From the NCBI GenBank assembly GCA_036786835.1, contig DAIQQK010000006.1, positions 1,131 through 65,130 of the forward strand: a stretch of DNA of 64,000 nucleotides, given 5' to 3'. The notes beneath the pieces are model-generated. The model was not told the DNA's origin. It saw nothing but the letters and a program-made list of their open reading frames with translations, and did not search any database. The DNA comes from Acidimicrobiales bacterium (GTDB lineage Bacteria > Actinomycetota > Acidimicrobiia > Acidimicrobiales > UBA8190). Shown here one piece after another: positions 9,763 through 20,256 of this stretch (the first letter of the stretch is position 1; each line of letters opens with the position of its first letter). The translations under genes were made by a program, and so were the position numbers.

Positions 9763-12068
9763 CGGGGGGCGCTCTCGGGGGCGGAGTTGTGCTCGGCCAG
9801 GAACGCCTCGACCGCGTCGGACTCGAGCGGCCGGCTGAACAAGAAGCCTTGGCCCCGCTCGCAGCGCTCCTCCTGGAGGTCCTGGAGCTGCCAGTCCTCC
9901 TCGATGCCCTCTGCGAGGGTCTCGACCCCGAGAGTGCGGCCTAGCTGGACCAGGGTGTGCACCAGGGCAGCCGACTCCGCCGAGTCCTGCATGCCGGCGA
10001 TGAACGACCGGTCGATCTTCAAGGCGTCGACGGGGAACTGACGGAGGTACGCCATGGAGGAGTACCCGGTGCCGAAGTCGTCGATCGCGACGAGCACCCC
10101 TATCTCCTTCAGCCTCCGCAGGCGGTTCACGGTGGCGTCGGTGTCGCGCATGAGCGTCGACTCGGTGACCTCGATCACGAGGGCCGATGGGTCGAGCCCG
10201 CTCGCAGACAGCGCCTCGGTCAAATGTCCGACGAAGCTCTCGCTCTCGAGCTGTCTCATCGAGACGTTCACCGACATCACGAGGCGGTGCCCGAGCCGGT
10301 GCCACTCTGCGGCCTGCATGCACGCCTGGACGAGCACCCACTTGCCGACGTCGAGGATGAGGCCGCTCTCCTCGAGCATCGGGACGAACTCGTTGGGGGG
10401 CACGACGCCGCGAGTCGGGTGTCGCCAGCGCAACAGCGCCTCCACCCCGCAGACGCTCTCGTTGTCGAGGTCGAACACCGGCTGGTACATCAAGAAGAAC
10501 TGCTCTTCGCCCAAGGCGCAGCGCAGGTCCATGTCGAACGAGAGCCGGTCGAGCACGGCCGACTGCATCTCGGGTTCGAACATCGTGGTCCGGCTCTTGC
10601 CCTTCGCCTTCGCTCTGTAGAGAGCGATGTCCGCATCACGCAACAGCTCGCTGGCCGACACCCGCTCTCCCGACGCGATTCCGATGCTCGCCGTGACCGT
10701 CAGGGGGATCCCGCCCCACCCTTCGATGTAGAAGGGCTCGCGCAGCACGTCTTGGATCCGCTGCGCTACGAGCTCGGGCCCGGCAAGAAGCGAAAGGCCA
10801 TCGGCGAGCACGACGAACTCGTCCCCGCCGAGACGCCCGACGGTGTCGCTTGCGCGCAGGACCCCGGAGAATCGCTGGGCGACCGCCTGGAGGAACTTGT
10901 CGCCCGTCTGGTGACCGAGGGTGTCGTTTATGTCCTTGAAGTTGTCGAGGTCGATGAAGAGCGCCGCGACGGGGTGGTGACCGAGGTCGCGCCTCGATCG
11001 GGCGAGCATCTGCTCGGCGCGGTCGAGTATCAGCGTCCGGTTCGGCAATCCCGTGAGCGGATCGTGCAACGCGGCGTGTGCGAGGCGCTCCTCAGCGAGC
11101 TTGCGCGCTGTTACGTCGCGGAGGTTCGCCACTATCCCGTTCACGTCGGGGTCCTCACCGAGATCCGCGAACGCGGCCTCGAACCAGAGCCACTCGCCGT
11201 CGGAGCGCCGCACCCTGATCTCCTGCTGCACGCTCAACGTGCCCGAGGCACGCGCCGCCGCCATGGCCTCGCGAAGCGCGTGCACGTCGCTCGGGTACAC
11301 GAGAGCCTCGAGGTCGGCGACCTCTTCCTCGGCATAACCGAGGAGCCGCTCGAACGCCGGGCTCGCGTAGCGGAGGCCCCCGTCGGGGCCGAACACTATG
11401 ACGATGTCGGCGGAGTTGTTCACGAGAGCCGAGAAGTGCCGCTCCCGGCGCCTCAGCTCGCGTTCGGCTTCCTCCCGTGCGAATGCGAACCAACCGAGGA
11501 GCGCGATTATGAGCACGACGGCGGCAGCCTCGAGCCCCGCGATCCCCTGTGCGAGCGGCTGGTGGATGAAGGACGGGACGAATCCGAGGGCGATGCCGAG
11601 TTGCCCGGCACCGATCACGAAGAGGCTTGACGCGATCGCGGGCCTCGCGACCGCCGAGCCGGTGCGCCGCATGATGTCGGCCGCACCGATGACGAGGGCC
11701 ACGGCGAACACCGGCCCCCAGCCGATGGCATATACGACGGCGCCGATCGCACAGAGGTCCACTCCGGCGAGGGCCCAGGTGCGCCAGCCGGACCGAGCCT
11801 CGCTCCACGCGGCGAAGGCGACAACGCTCGCGACCTCTGCAACGAGGACGGTGGTGAGGATCGACCAGTAAGGGATCCCTGGGGCGACGAGGCGGTGCTG
11901 CCTCAGGAGATAGAAGCCGACCGCCACCGCCGGCACGGCGATGTTGATGGGGTGGGCGAGGCGAGCGAGGACGGCCGGAGCAAGCCGCTTCGTCCGTTCG
12001 CCGAGACCCAGGTCACGTGCCATGGAATAGGTCTTCGGCCCGACAACGACCGCACTTGACAAGGACAA
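9753..12068 (-). CDS. Membrane sensor diguanylate cyclase/phosphodiesterase (PAS-GGDEF-EAL)
   Basis: Multi-pass hydrophobic N-terminus, PAS-like segment, RASDTVGRLGGDEF (RxxD I-site spacing), EALLRWRHP and DDFGTGYSS of the EAL domain. Confidence 0.9.
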   Translation of the reverse strand: MSLSSAVVVGPKTYSMARDLGLGERTKRLAPAVLARLAHPINIAVPAVAVGFYLLRQHRLVAPGIPYWSILTTVLVAEVASVVAFAAWSEARSGWRTWALAGVDLCAIGAVVYAIGWGPVFAVALVIGAADIMRRTGSAVARPAIASSLFVIGAGQLGIALGFVPSFIHQPLAQGIAGLEAAAVVLIIALLGWFAFAREEAERELRRRERHFSALVNNSADIVIVFGPDGGLRYASPAFERLLGYAEEEVADLEALVYPSDVHALREAMAAARASGTLSVQQEIRVRRSDGEWLWFEAAFADLGEDPDVNGIVANLRDVTARKLAEERLAHAALHDPLTGLPNRTLILDRAEQMLARSRRDLGHHPVAALFIDLDNFKDINDTLGHQTGDKFLQAVAQRFSGVLRASDTVGRLGGDEFVVLADGLSLLAGPELVAQRIQDVLREPFYIEGWGGIPLTVTASIGIASGERVSASELLRDADIALYRAKAKGKSRTTMFEPEMQSAVLDRLSFDMDLRCALGEEQFFLMYQPVFDLDNESVCGVEALLRWRHPTRGVVPPNEFVPMLEESGLILDVGKWVLVQACMQAAEWHRLGHRLVMSVNVSMRQLESESFVGHLTEALSASGLDPSALVIEVTESTLMRDTDATVNRLRRLKEIGVLVAIDDFGTGYSSMAYLRQFPVDALKIDRSFIAGMQDSAESAALVHTLVQLGRTLGVETLAEGIEEDWQLQDLQEERCERGQGFLFSRPLESDAVEAFLAEHNSAPESAPRAP

Positions 12069-12136
12069 TGCTCCTTGCAGGGGCTACGCGATCGCGCCAT
12101 GCCTGGGGCCCTCCCGGCGGGGCGATGCTCAGGTCC

Positions 12137-13306
12137 TCAGGCGCTGAGCACGACCACGCTGGCGTTCGCTCCCCGGCCGACCGTGTGGGCCAGGGCCACC
12201 CGGGCACCGGGGACCTGGCGGGGACCGCACTCTGCACGAAGCTGGCGGGCGAGCTCCACGACCTGTCCGAGCGCGGAAGCGCCGAGAGGCTCCCCCTTCG
12301 AGAGCAACCCGCCGCTCGGGTTGACCGGCAGCCTGCCACCGAGCGAGGTGGCTCCCTCGGCGAGGAGCTTCGATTGTTCACCCGGACGGCACAGGCCGAG
12401 CTCCTCGTAGGACAACAGCTCTCGCGCGGCGTCGGTGTCCTGGCACTCGACGACGTCGAGGTCCTCAGGGCCGGCGGCCGCCTCCTCGTAGGCCGCCTTC
12501 GCCGCTAGGGACGAAGCCGCCGGGATCGTGTCGTCTGCGAGGCCCGCCATCGGCGTCGACTCACCGAGCACCGCGCCCGGGAGGTGCGAGCGCAGAACCG
12601 CGGCTCTGACGATCGGTTTGCCCTGCGACCCCGACGACCCCGACGACCCCGACGACCCCGACGCCGCGGCCGCGCTTCGAAGCACGACTGCTGCTGCACC
12701 TTCGTTCGGTGTGCACAGCATCCACAGGTGAAGCGGCTCGCACACCACTCTCGACCCGAGCACCGACGAGGCGTCCACCTCGGAGCGGAACATTGCGTGT
12801 GGATTCGACACGCCGTGCCGGCGGTTCTTCACCACGACCTGCGCGAGATCGTCCTTGGTGATTCCCGAGCTGGCCATGAGCCGTTGGGCGCGAAGGGCGA
12901 AGTATGCAGGGGTGGCAGCGAAGCCCGCCTCTTCCTGCCAGGAGTCGAAGAAGGAAGAGCGGATGATCCCCTTCGGCATCTTCTCGACGCCGAAGACCAG
13001 GACGGTGTCGTATTGCCCGGACCTCACAGCGGAAGCCCCGAGCATCATCGCTGCCGCTCCGCTCGCGCACCCTGCTTCCACGTCCACGATCGGTGTCCCG
13101 GTCATGCCGAGGGCGCCCAGGACCTTGTGGCCCGAAGCCACCCCGCCGTAGGCGGTGGCGCAGAACGCCGCCTGGAAGCCGCCGCGCTCGACGTCTGCTT
13201 CCGCGAGAGCCTCGCGCACGGCGACCACGCCCATGTCGGTCGTGCTCTTGCCTTCGAAGCGCCCGAAGGGGTGGATCCCCGTTCCCGCGAGGACTACCTC
13301 GGTCAC
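12137..13306 (-). CDS. Thiolase-fold protein, SCP-x / lipid-transfer type
   Basis: VLAGTGIHPFGRF, VEAGCASGAAA, GGLLSKGEPLGASALGQ. In-frame SGSSGSSGSSGS insertion. Confidence 0.85.
   Translation of the reverse strand: MTEVVLAGTGIHPFGRFEGKSTTDMGVVAVREALAEADVERGGFQAAFCATAYGGVASGHKVLGALGMTGTPIVDVEAGCASGAAAMMLGASAVRSGQYDTVLVFGVEKMPKGIIRSSFFDSWQEEAGFAATPAYFALRAQRLMASSGITKDDLAQVVVKNRRHGVSNPHAMFRSEVDASSVLGSRVVCEPLHLWMLCTPNEGAAAVVLRSAAAASGSSGSSGSSGSQGKPIVRAAVLRSHLPGAVLGESTPMAGLADDTIPAASSLAAKAAYEEAAAGPEDLDVVECQDTDAARELLSYEELGLCRPGEQSKLLAEGATSLGGRLPVNPSGGLLSKGEPLGASALGQVVELARQLRAECGPRQVPGARVALAHTVGRGANASVVVLSA
12627..12662 (-). repeat. 9-bp x4 perfect in-frame tandem repeat (GACCCCGAC on plus) encoding (SGS)n in the thiolase
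   Basis: Direct reading of the sequence. Confidence 0.9.
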
Positions 13307-13319
13307 TGGGCCTCCGGAG

Positions 13320-13739
13320 TCATTGGGCCTCCGGAGCGAAGGCGTAGGTGAGCACCTGCGTGCCTTCGTCGTCGACGTGCAGAGGGACGAGCACGAGCCT
13401 CATCTCGAGCCCTTCTCGAAGCGAGGAGGGGTCGGATCGCGTGAGGCGGCCGAGGACTCGAAGCCCCTCGGGGAGCTCGACCACGCCGAAGCCATAGGGG
13501 ACCTCCCCCTTGTACCCCGGCGGCGCGCTCGATACGGCGGTCCACGCCCAGAGCCTGCCCGTCGGGGAGAGCTCGACCTGCTTCGATCCCTCCGCCGAGC
13601 AATAGGGGCAGATTTCGGCGCGCGGGAAGTGGGACCGCTCGCAGACCTCGCACCGGCTCCCGAGGAGCCTCGGGTCGTCGCCTTCGCTGAACAACCCCTC
13701 TCGGACAGGGCGCCGCGCGGCAGAGGTGTGCTGAGTCAT
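13320..13739 (-). CDS. DUF35 Zn-ribbon/OB-fold protein (thiolase partner)
   Basis: Last 139 codons of listed ORF 13320..14531. CEVCERSHFPRAEICPYC then OB-fold GRLWAWTAV...YGFGVVELPEGLRVLG. ATG at 13739. 13-nt gap to the thiolase gene. Confidence 0.85.
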   Translation of the reverse strand: MTQHTSAARRPVREGLFSEGDDPRLLGSRCEVCERSHFPRAEICPYCSAEGSKQVELSPTGRLWAWTAVSSAPPGYKGEVPYGFGVVELPEGLRVLGRLTRSDPSSLREGLEMRLVLVPLHVDDEGTQVLTYAFAPEAQ

Positions 13740-13765
13740 TCGGAGGGCTGGGTCATCAAGCTGGG

Positions 13766-14941
13766 TCAATGAGTGGACAGGGCGGCCTGCGCGCCGGACC
13801 GGTCCGCCAAGCCATAGAACGCGCGGGCGTTGGCCCCGGCGATACGCGCCAGGGAATCTGCTGCGAGGCGGCCCTGCGCGTGCTCGATCAGCTCCGAGGT
13901 CGAGTCCGGCCAGGCGCCGTCCCAATGGGGATAGTCGCTCGCGAACATCACGCAGCGATCGCCCAAGGCCTCGATGAACGCGGGAATCGTCTTCTCGTCG
14001 GGCTCGCACGTGATGAAGACGTTGCCGGCCTGCACGTACTCCTCGGGCCGACGCTGCCAACCACCCGGGATCCAGTCGCCGCGCGACTCGTAGTGCTCGG
14101 AGAGCCGCTCGACGAACCACGGGAGCCAACCGGCCCCCGACTCCAAGAACCCGACCCGCAGCCTCGGGTGCCGGTCGAACACTCCACCACTGATCAGCGC
14201 GGTCATCGCCGTCATCTGGTCGAACGGGAAGCTGATGCAGTGGACCTGGATGTAATTGGTGAATCGGTCCACCCCGATCTTCGGCAGATGGACGCCCGGG
14301 GCTCCGTGCACGCCGAGCGGCATGTCCAGGTCGGCCGCAGCTGCGTAGAAGCGATCGAGATCGGGGTGATCGAGGTTGCGAGTCTTGAGCGCAGGGGGCA
14401 CCACGGTGCAGACGAGCCCGAGGTCCTTGGCCTCGGTCATCACGGCGACCGCCAGCTCCCCGTGTTCGATGGGCGCGACTGCCGCAGCATGCAGTCGGCC
14501 GTCGCCCTTCGCGCAGAGCCCGGCGACCCACTCGTTGTAGAGGCGGGCGACACCTGCCCCGAGCGAGGGGTCCTCCAAGCTCGGCACACAGAGGCCGAAG
14601 CTCGGGAACAGGACCATCTCGTCTATCCCGTCGGTGTCGGCGTTGGCGAGTATCCCCTCTGCCGTCGCCGGGTCGACGCCCTCGGCCTTCGTCAACCCGT
14701 GCTCGGGGGGACAGCCGGCGCCCGGGCCCTCGTAGGTCGGGTAGAGCCTGCCCTCGACCATCACCCCGAGGTTCGTGTCCCCGCGCACCGCGACTGCGTC
14801 GCCGAATTGGCGGAAGAGGTCGACGAAGAAGCTGACCTGCTCGACGGCGTGAGCGTCGGCATCGATCACGTAAGGGCGGACTGGTGCCGATTCGCTCGAG
14901 GCGGTCTGCAATGGCCCGGTCGTTTGCGATGACACAGTCAT
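13766..14941 (-). CDS. Amidohydrolase-2 (PF04909-type metal-dependent hydrolase)
   Basis: VIDADAHAVE near the N-terminus, MFASDYPHWDG near the C-terminus. Confidence 0.85.
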   Translation of the reverse strand: MTVSSQTTGPLQTASSESAPVRPYVIDADAHAVEQVSFFVDLFRQFGDAVAVRGDTNLGVMVEGRLYPTYEGPGAGCPPEHGLTKAEGVDPATAEGILANADTDGIDEMVLFPSFGLCVPSLEDPSLGAGVARLYNEWVAGLCAKGDGRLHAAAVAPIEHGELAVAVMTEAKDLGLVCTVVPPALKTRNLDHPDLDRFYAAAADLDMPLGVHGAPGVHLPKIGVDRFTNYIQVHCISFPFDQMTAMTALISGGVFDRHPRLRVGFLESGAGWLPWFVERLSEHYESRGDWIPGGWQRRPEEYVQAGNVFITCEPDEKTIPAFIEALGDRCVMFASDYPHWDGAWPDSTSELIEHAQGRLAADSLARIAGANARAFYGLADRSGAQAALSTH

Positions 14942-14951
14942 ATGAGCTCTC

Positions 14952-16058
14952 TCATTTCTGCTCCCGCGGGTCGTCGAACACGATCATGCTCCGCGCCACC
15001 TCCCCCGCCGTCATCGCCCGGAACGCATCGTTCACGTCGCCGAGGCCGATGCGGCGGCTCACCATGCCGGGCCCGTCGATCCTTCCGCTTCCCATGAGGT
15101 CGACCAGCACGGGGAAGTCGCGATCTGGGTCGGTGGACCCGTATACGCAGCCGACGATGGTCTTCGCGTCCACGAACATCTCGAACGCGTTGAACGTCAC
15201 CTCGTCCGACGGTGACCCCGCACCCACGAGCACCGTGGTGCCGCCGCGCCTCGTCGCCCGGAACGCAGTGTGGATCGTCTGTGGCCTGCCGACCACCTCG
15301 AACGCGTAGTCGGCGCCGCGCCCGCCGGTGAGCGAGCGGACAGCCTCCAGGCCGTCTTGCTCGGACACGTCCACCACGTCGGTTGCGCCGAGGGTCCTCG
15401 CCAGGGTGAGCTTCGAGCCCACGGTGTCGAGGGCGATGATCGACGACGCTCCCGCAAGACGGGCCCCTTGGACGACCGACAGTCCTACGCCCCCGCATCC
15501 GACGACTGCGACGCTCGACCCCGGCTGCACCTTGGCCGTGCGCCACACCGCTCCGGTCCCGGTGGAGAGCGCGCACCCGACGAGCGCAGCGAGCTCCAGG
15601 GGAACGGAGCTGTCGACGGGGACGACGCTCCCATCGGGCACCAGGGTCTCTGCCGCGAAGGTCGCTGTGCCGAGGCCGCGCACGAGCTTCGCGCCGCCGA
15701 CACTCGCGTAGGGACGCCCGAGGGACTCCGCCAAGCCCTGCTCGCAGAGCATCGGCTGACCCTCGAGGCACCAGAAGCAGCTGCGGCAGGGCGGCATCCA
15801 CGTGAGCACGACGTGGTCGCCGGGGGCGACCCGGGTGACCTCTCCCCCCACCTCCTCGACCACTCCCGCCCCCTCGTGCCCGAGCACGGTCGGGAACATG
15901 AAGGGGATGTTGCCCTGCTGTACCGAGAGGTCCGAGTGACAGACCCCGCTGGCTGCGATGCGCACGCGGACGTCTCGAGGGCCGACAGGGGCGAGGTCGA
16001 TGTCCTCGACCACGAGCGGAGCGCCGACTTCGTGGAGCACGGCCGCGCGGATGCTCAC
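14952..16058 (-). CDS. Zn-dependent alcohol dehydrogenase
   Basis: GVCHSDLSV, GHEGAGVVEEVG, VVGCGGVGLSVV. Confidence 0.9.
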   Translation of the reverse strand: MSIRAAVLHEVGAPLVVEDIDLAPVGPRDVRVRIAASGVCHSDLSVQQGNIPFMFPTVLGHEGAGVVEEVGGEVTRVAPGDHVVLTWMPPCRSCFWCLEGQPMLCEQGLAESLGRPYASVGGAKLVRGLGTATFAAETLVPDGSVVPVDSSVPLELAALVGCALSTGTGAVWRTAKVQPGSSVAVVGCGGVGLSVVQGARLAGASSIIALDTVGSKLTLARTLGATDVVDVSEQDGLEAVRSLTGGRGADYAFEVVGRPQTIHTAFRATRRGGTTVLVGAGSPSDEVTFNAFEMFVDAKTIVGCVYGSTDPDRDFPVLVDLMGSGRIDGPGMVSRRIGLGDVNDAFRAMTAGEVARSMIVFDDPREQK

Positions 16059-17782
16059 GGTGTGCCTGGCACTGTGACGGTCTCGGTGTCGGCTCCCGAG
16101 CGCAGGAGACGTCCCGCGTCGGTGGCCCCGGTGAACTCGCCGGACTGCACGATCTCGGTGCCGTTCACGATGACGTGCTCGATCCCCTCGGCCTGCGCGT
16201 AGAGGCGGCTAGCCCCTCCCGGCAGGTCGTCGCGGGTGCGCTCGGGGCCGTGGCCCACTCTCTCGGGGTCGAACACGACGACGTCCGCCCACCAACCCTC
16301 GCGCAGCCGGCCGCGCTCACGAATCCCGTAGAGGCGCGCGGGGACGTCGGTCAGCTGGCGCACCGCCTCCTCCCAGGAGATCAGGTTGCGCTTGCGGACG
16401 CCGTCGCCGAGCATCGAGGTGGAGTAGATCGCGCCGCACATCACGTCGAGGTGTGCCCCGGCGTCGGACCCTCCGACCACCGTTCGGTCGTCTCGCCAGA
16501 CCTCTGCGCGGAGCTTCCAGTCCTCCTCGGACTCCCCGATGGGCGGGCGAAGCCCGGTGCGAAGCTCGTCCGCGATGACGACGTCGAGCAGCGCGTCGAA
16601 CGGCTCCTGGTCACGCATCTGCGCGACGTCGCCGACGCTGCGGCCCTCGTACGCGGAGTTCGACTCTGCGAACGTCTCGTCGATGACGAGGTTCTTCCAG
16701 TTGGCCAGCGCGCCGATCAGGCCCGCTTCCTTCGACCGCGCCCCCTCGTCGAGCCGGCGGCGCTCGGCGGGGTCGGAGAGGACCTTGATCCGCTCGGGCA
16801 CCGGCAACGCGAACAGCTCGCGCCATCCCGGCAGAGCGTCGATGATTGCACCGTGCGCGAACGAGAGCCTGATCTTCATGGTGTGCGGCAGCGTGAGCGC
16901 CACGACTTTGGCGCCTCGGCCGGCGGCCGTGGTCGACGCTTCGAGCTGGTGCTCGAGCCCCTTTCGGTTCAACGCGGACACACCGAGCACGTTCCAGTTG
17001 GCGGGACGGTTCGCCAGCAACGAGAGCGAGGCCATGAGCTCCACCTCTTCGTCGCTGAAGCCGTTGATGCAGCCGGGCAGGATCAGCTCGAGCGTCGTGC
17101 CCGGATGGCGGGACACCACCGAACAGAGAGCCTCCAACTCTTCGCGCGCAGCCGAGCGCGAGGGCACGGGCTGGCCGTCACCGTCGTTGTGGGTGTGGGC
17201 CTGGGAGGTCGAGAACCCGAGCGCACCTTCCTCGAGGCAACGCCCGAGCAGCTGCTCCAGAGCGGCGGTCTGCTCGGGGGTGGCCTTCGAACCCACCGCG
17301 TCGTCGCCCATGACCGAACGCCGAAGCGCCGAATGACCGACGAGGAAGCCCGCGTTCACCCCGACACGCCCTTCGAGGCGATCGAGCCAGTCGGAGAACG
17401 ACGTCCAGGACCAGTCGAGCTGCTCGAGCGACTCGAGGGGCATCCCCTCGACCCTGGCCATCATTCGCGCCAGGTAGTCGGAGTTCTGAGGCCCCGCCGG
17501 CGCCAGCGAGAAGCCACAGTTGCCGCCGACGACCGTCGTCACCCCGTGGAGGGGCGAGGGACTCGCGGTCGGGTCCCAGAACAGCTGCGCGTCGTAGTGG
17601 GTGTGCAGGTCTACGAATCCCGGCGCCACCATCAGCCCGTCGGCATCGATGGTCCGTGCCGCCGGCTCGTCGGTGCTCCCGATGGCGACGACACGCTCGT
17701 CGCGCACCGCCACGTCGGCTCTCATGGGAGGGCCACCCGAGCCGTCGACGACCGTCCCGCCGCGAATCAACAGATCCAACAT
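16055..17782 (-). CDS. D-aminoacylase-type amidohydrolase
   Basis: DLLIRGGTVVDGSG...VAPGFVDLHTHYD. ATG 17782 lies 6 nt after GAGGAGG (longest ORF to 17815). Confidence 0.85.
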   Translation of the reverse strand: MLDLLIRGGTVVDGSGGPPMRADVAVRDERVVAIGSTDEPAARTIDADGLMVAPGFVDLHTHYDAQLFWDPTASPSPLHGVTTVVGGNCGFSLAPAGPQNSDYLARMMARVEGMPLESLEQLDWSWTSFSDWLDRLEGRVGVNAGFLVGHSALRRSVMGDDAVGSKATPEQTAALEQLLGRCLEEGALGFSTSQAHTHNDGDGQPVPSRSAAREELEALCSVVSRHPGTTLELILPGCINGFSDEEVELMASLSLLANRPANWNVLGVSALNRKGLEHQLEASTTAAGRGAKVVALTLPHTMKIRLSFAHGAIIDALPGWRELFALPVPERIKVLSDPAERRRLDEGARSKEAGLIGALANWKNLVIDETFAESNSAYEGRSVGDVAQMRDQEPFDALLDVVIADELRTGLRPPIGESEEDWKLRAEVWRDDRTVVGGSDAGAHLDVMCGAIYSTSMLGDGVRKRNLISWEEAVRQLTDVPARLYGIRERGRLREGWWADVVVFDPERVGHGPERTRDDLPGGASRLYAQAEGIEHVIVNGTEIVQSGEFTGATDAGRLLRSGADTETVTVPGTP

Positions 17783-17890
17783 GCTCGTCCTCCTCGCTGT
17801 CCGGGCCGGTACCAAGCCGCAGTCCCGAGGGACCGTGGGTTCAGGCCTGGGCGCCGCTCCGCCGGTCGATGATAGGTTCCGCGACTCGAC

Positions 17891-19123
17891 ATGCTCCTAC
17901 CCGATCCCGAACCAAGGCCGATCCGGGTACCGGTCATCTCGGTGGACGATCACCTGATCGAGCCGCCCGACCTCTTCGAGGGCCGGATGCCGCAGGCCAT
18001 GGCCGAGCGGGCACCGAGGATCGTCGAGGACCCCGACGGGACCCAGAACTGGCTCTACGAGGGACGGCGCTACCCGAACATCGGTCTGAACGCGGTCGCC
18101 GGACGCTCGCGAGACAGCTGGTCGATGGACCCGTCACGCTTCGACGAGATGCGACCGGGCTGCTACGACATCGACGCCCGCGTCGCCGACATGGACGTGA
18201 ACGGGATCTGGGGGTCTTTGTGCTTCCCGTCCTTGGTCGCGGGGTTCTGCGGCTCCGTCTTCTCGCGCTCCGAGGACCCCGAGCTCGGGCTCGCCTGCCT
18301 CAGGGCCTGGAACGACTGGCATGCCGAGGTATGGGCGGGCACCCACCCGAAGCGCATAATCCCTCTTCAGCTCCCGTGGCTCGCCGACATCGGGTTGGCC
18401 GCCGAAGAGGTCGGGCGCAACGCCGCGCGCGGCTTCAAGGCCGTGAGCTTTCCGGAGTTCCCTGCTCAGCTCGGCCTGCCGTCGATCTTCTCCGGTGAGT
18501 GGGATCCGTTCTTCGCTGCCTGCGAGGAGACCGAGACGGTGGTCTGCCTTCACACCGGCGCCTCCGCCTGGGCGCCGCTCCCCTCCCCGGGCCCGCCTTT
18601 CGAATTGCTGCCGACGCTGTTCCCGGTGAACGCGCTGATCGCAGCGGCGGAGTGGCTGTGGTCGGGGGTGCCGCTGCGGTTCCCACGCCTCGCTGTGTCG
18701 ATGTCCGAGGGCGGGATCGGCTGGGTGCCGATGCTCCTCGACCGGGTCGACTACGTGCTCGACCATTCGGCCTCGGGTACGGAGTCGACGGCCTGGCCGT
18801 CGGACATGCGCCCGAGCGAGGTGCTCAAGCAGAGCTTCTACTTCTGCACCATCGACGACCCCTCTGTGATCGAGCTGCGCGACCGGATCGGGGTGGACCA
18901 CATAATGCTCGAGAGCGACTATCCCCACGCCGACTCGACCTGGCCCGACACGCAGGCGGTGATCGAGAAGACCCTGGGGCACCTGCCCGAGGAAGAGTTG
19001 CGCATGATCGCCGCCGACAACGCCGCGACGCTCTTCCGTCACCCGCTTCCGCCGAACGACGACTGGAGGGTCCCGCCGCCGCGCGACGTTGCGGCATCGC
19101 CCTCGACAATCCCGAGCGCGTGA
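17891..19123 (+). CDS. Amidohydrolase-2 family protein
   Basis: VISVDDHLIEPPDLF ... ESDYPHADSTWPDT. Confidence 0.85.
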   Translation: MLLPDPEPRPIRVPVISVDDHLIEPPDLFEGRMPQAMAERAPRIVEDPDGTQNWLYEGRRYPNIGLNAVAGRSRDSWSMDPSRFDEMRPGCYDIDARVADMDVNGIWGSLCFPSLVAGFCGSVFSRSEDPELGLACLRAWNDWHAEVWAGTHPKRIIPLQLPWLADIGLAAEEVGRNAARGFKAVSFPEFPAQLGLPSIFSGEWDPFFAACEETETVVCLHTGASAWAPLPSPGPPFELLPTLFPVNALIAAAEWLWSGVPLRFPRLAVSMSEGGIGWVPMLLDRVDYVLDHSASGTESTAWPSDMRPSEVLKQSFYFCTIDDPSVIELRDRIGVDHIMLESDYPHADSTWPDTQAVIEKTLGHLPEEELRMIAADNAATLFRHPLPPNDDWRVPPPRDVAASPSTIPSA

Positions 19124-20238
19124 GCCGGGTCGTCGACGCCGACGGGCACGTCGTAGAGCCCCTCGCCGCGTGGAAGTCGTTGCCCGACGAGACGCGGCCG
19201 AAGATCACCGCGGACTCGAACGGTTTCGAGCACGTCACGGTCGGGGACACCGAGATCCTCGCGGTCGCGCTCGGGACGCTCGCCACACCCGGATCGCGCT
19301 TCAGTGAGCCCGGCGACATCCGGCCACTCGAGGACGCGATGCCCGGGGGATGGGACCCGGCGACGCGCCTGTCCGACATGGACTCCGAGGGCATCGACCA
19401 GGCCGTGCTCTTCCCGTCGATCGGGCTGTACTTCTGGGCGCTCGAGGACCCGGCGGCCGCCGTCGCGATCGCGCGGGCCTACAACGACTGGCTCGCCTCC
19501 TACTGCGCCGCCGATCCGATGCGGCTGTTCGCTGCGGCCATGCTCCCCGTGCAGGACCCGGCCGCCGCAGCCGCCGAGCTTCGCAGGGCGCACGACGAGC
19601 TCGGATTCGTCGCCGGCTTCGTGAGACCCAACCCCTGCATGGGCCGCTCGCTGTCGGATCGGGCTTACGAAGAGATCTGGCGCGCTGCGGTGGAGACCGA
19701 CATGGCGATCGCCGTGCACGAGGGGAGCTCGATCATCATCCCCACCCTGGGATCGGACCGACCCTTCAACCCGATGGTGCTGCACGCGGTGAGCCACAGC
19801 TTCGAGGAGATGCTCGCGTGCGCGCAGTTGATCGCCTTCGGAGTGCTCGAACGACACCCGGAGCTTCGCGTCGTGTTCCTCGAGTCATCGGGCGGGTGGG
19901 CCCCGTTCTGGCTCGAGCGTCTCGACGAGCAGGCCGAGAGCTTCGGGGGGTTCTGCCCGGAGCTGAAGCTGCGGCCGAGCGAGTACTTCTCGCGCCAGTG
20001 CTGGATCAGCTACGAGATCGACGAACAGACGCTGCCGGTTCTCGCCCCTTTGATCGGGGAGCGGCGCATCGTGTGGGGATCCGACTACCCGCACCACGAC
20101 GCCACTTTCCCCGGCGCGGTGGACGTGCTGAGAAAGACCATCTCCCCGCTCGCGCACGAGACACAGGCGCGGATCCTCGGCGACAACGCCGCCGAGCTCT
20201 ACCGGCTGCCCGCGCCGGGCTCGACCGATCCCGGCTGA
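19120..20238 (+). CDS. Amidohydrolase-2 family protein
   Basis: GTG 19120 overlaps the upstream stop (GTGA). VVDADGHVVEP ... GSDYPHHDATFPG. The part of listed ORF 18499.. upstream of this start lies inside the preceding gene. Confidence 0.85.
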   Translation: MSRVVDADGHVVEPLAAWKSLPDETRPKITADSNGFEHVTVGDTEILAVALGTLATPGSRFSEPGDIRPLEDAMPGGWDPATRLSDMDSEGIDQAVLFPSIGLYFWALEDPAAAVAIARAYNDWLASYCAADPMRLFAAAMLPVQDPAAAAAELRRAHDELGFVAGFVRPNPCMGRSLSDRAYEEIWRAAVETDMAIAVHEGSSIIIPTLGSDRPFNPMVLHAVSHSFEEMLACAQLIAFGVLERHPELRVVFLESSGGWAPFWLERLDEQAESFGGFCPELKLRPSEYFSRQCWISYEIDEQTLPVLAPLIGERRIVWGSDYPHHDATFPGAVDVLRKTISPLAHETQARILGDNAAELYRLPAPGSTDPG

Positions 20239-20256
20239 GGGGGCAGGACGCCACAG

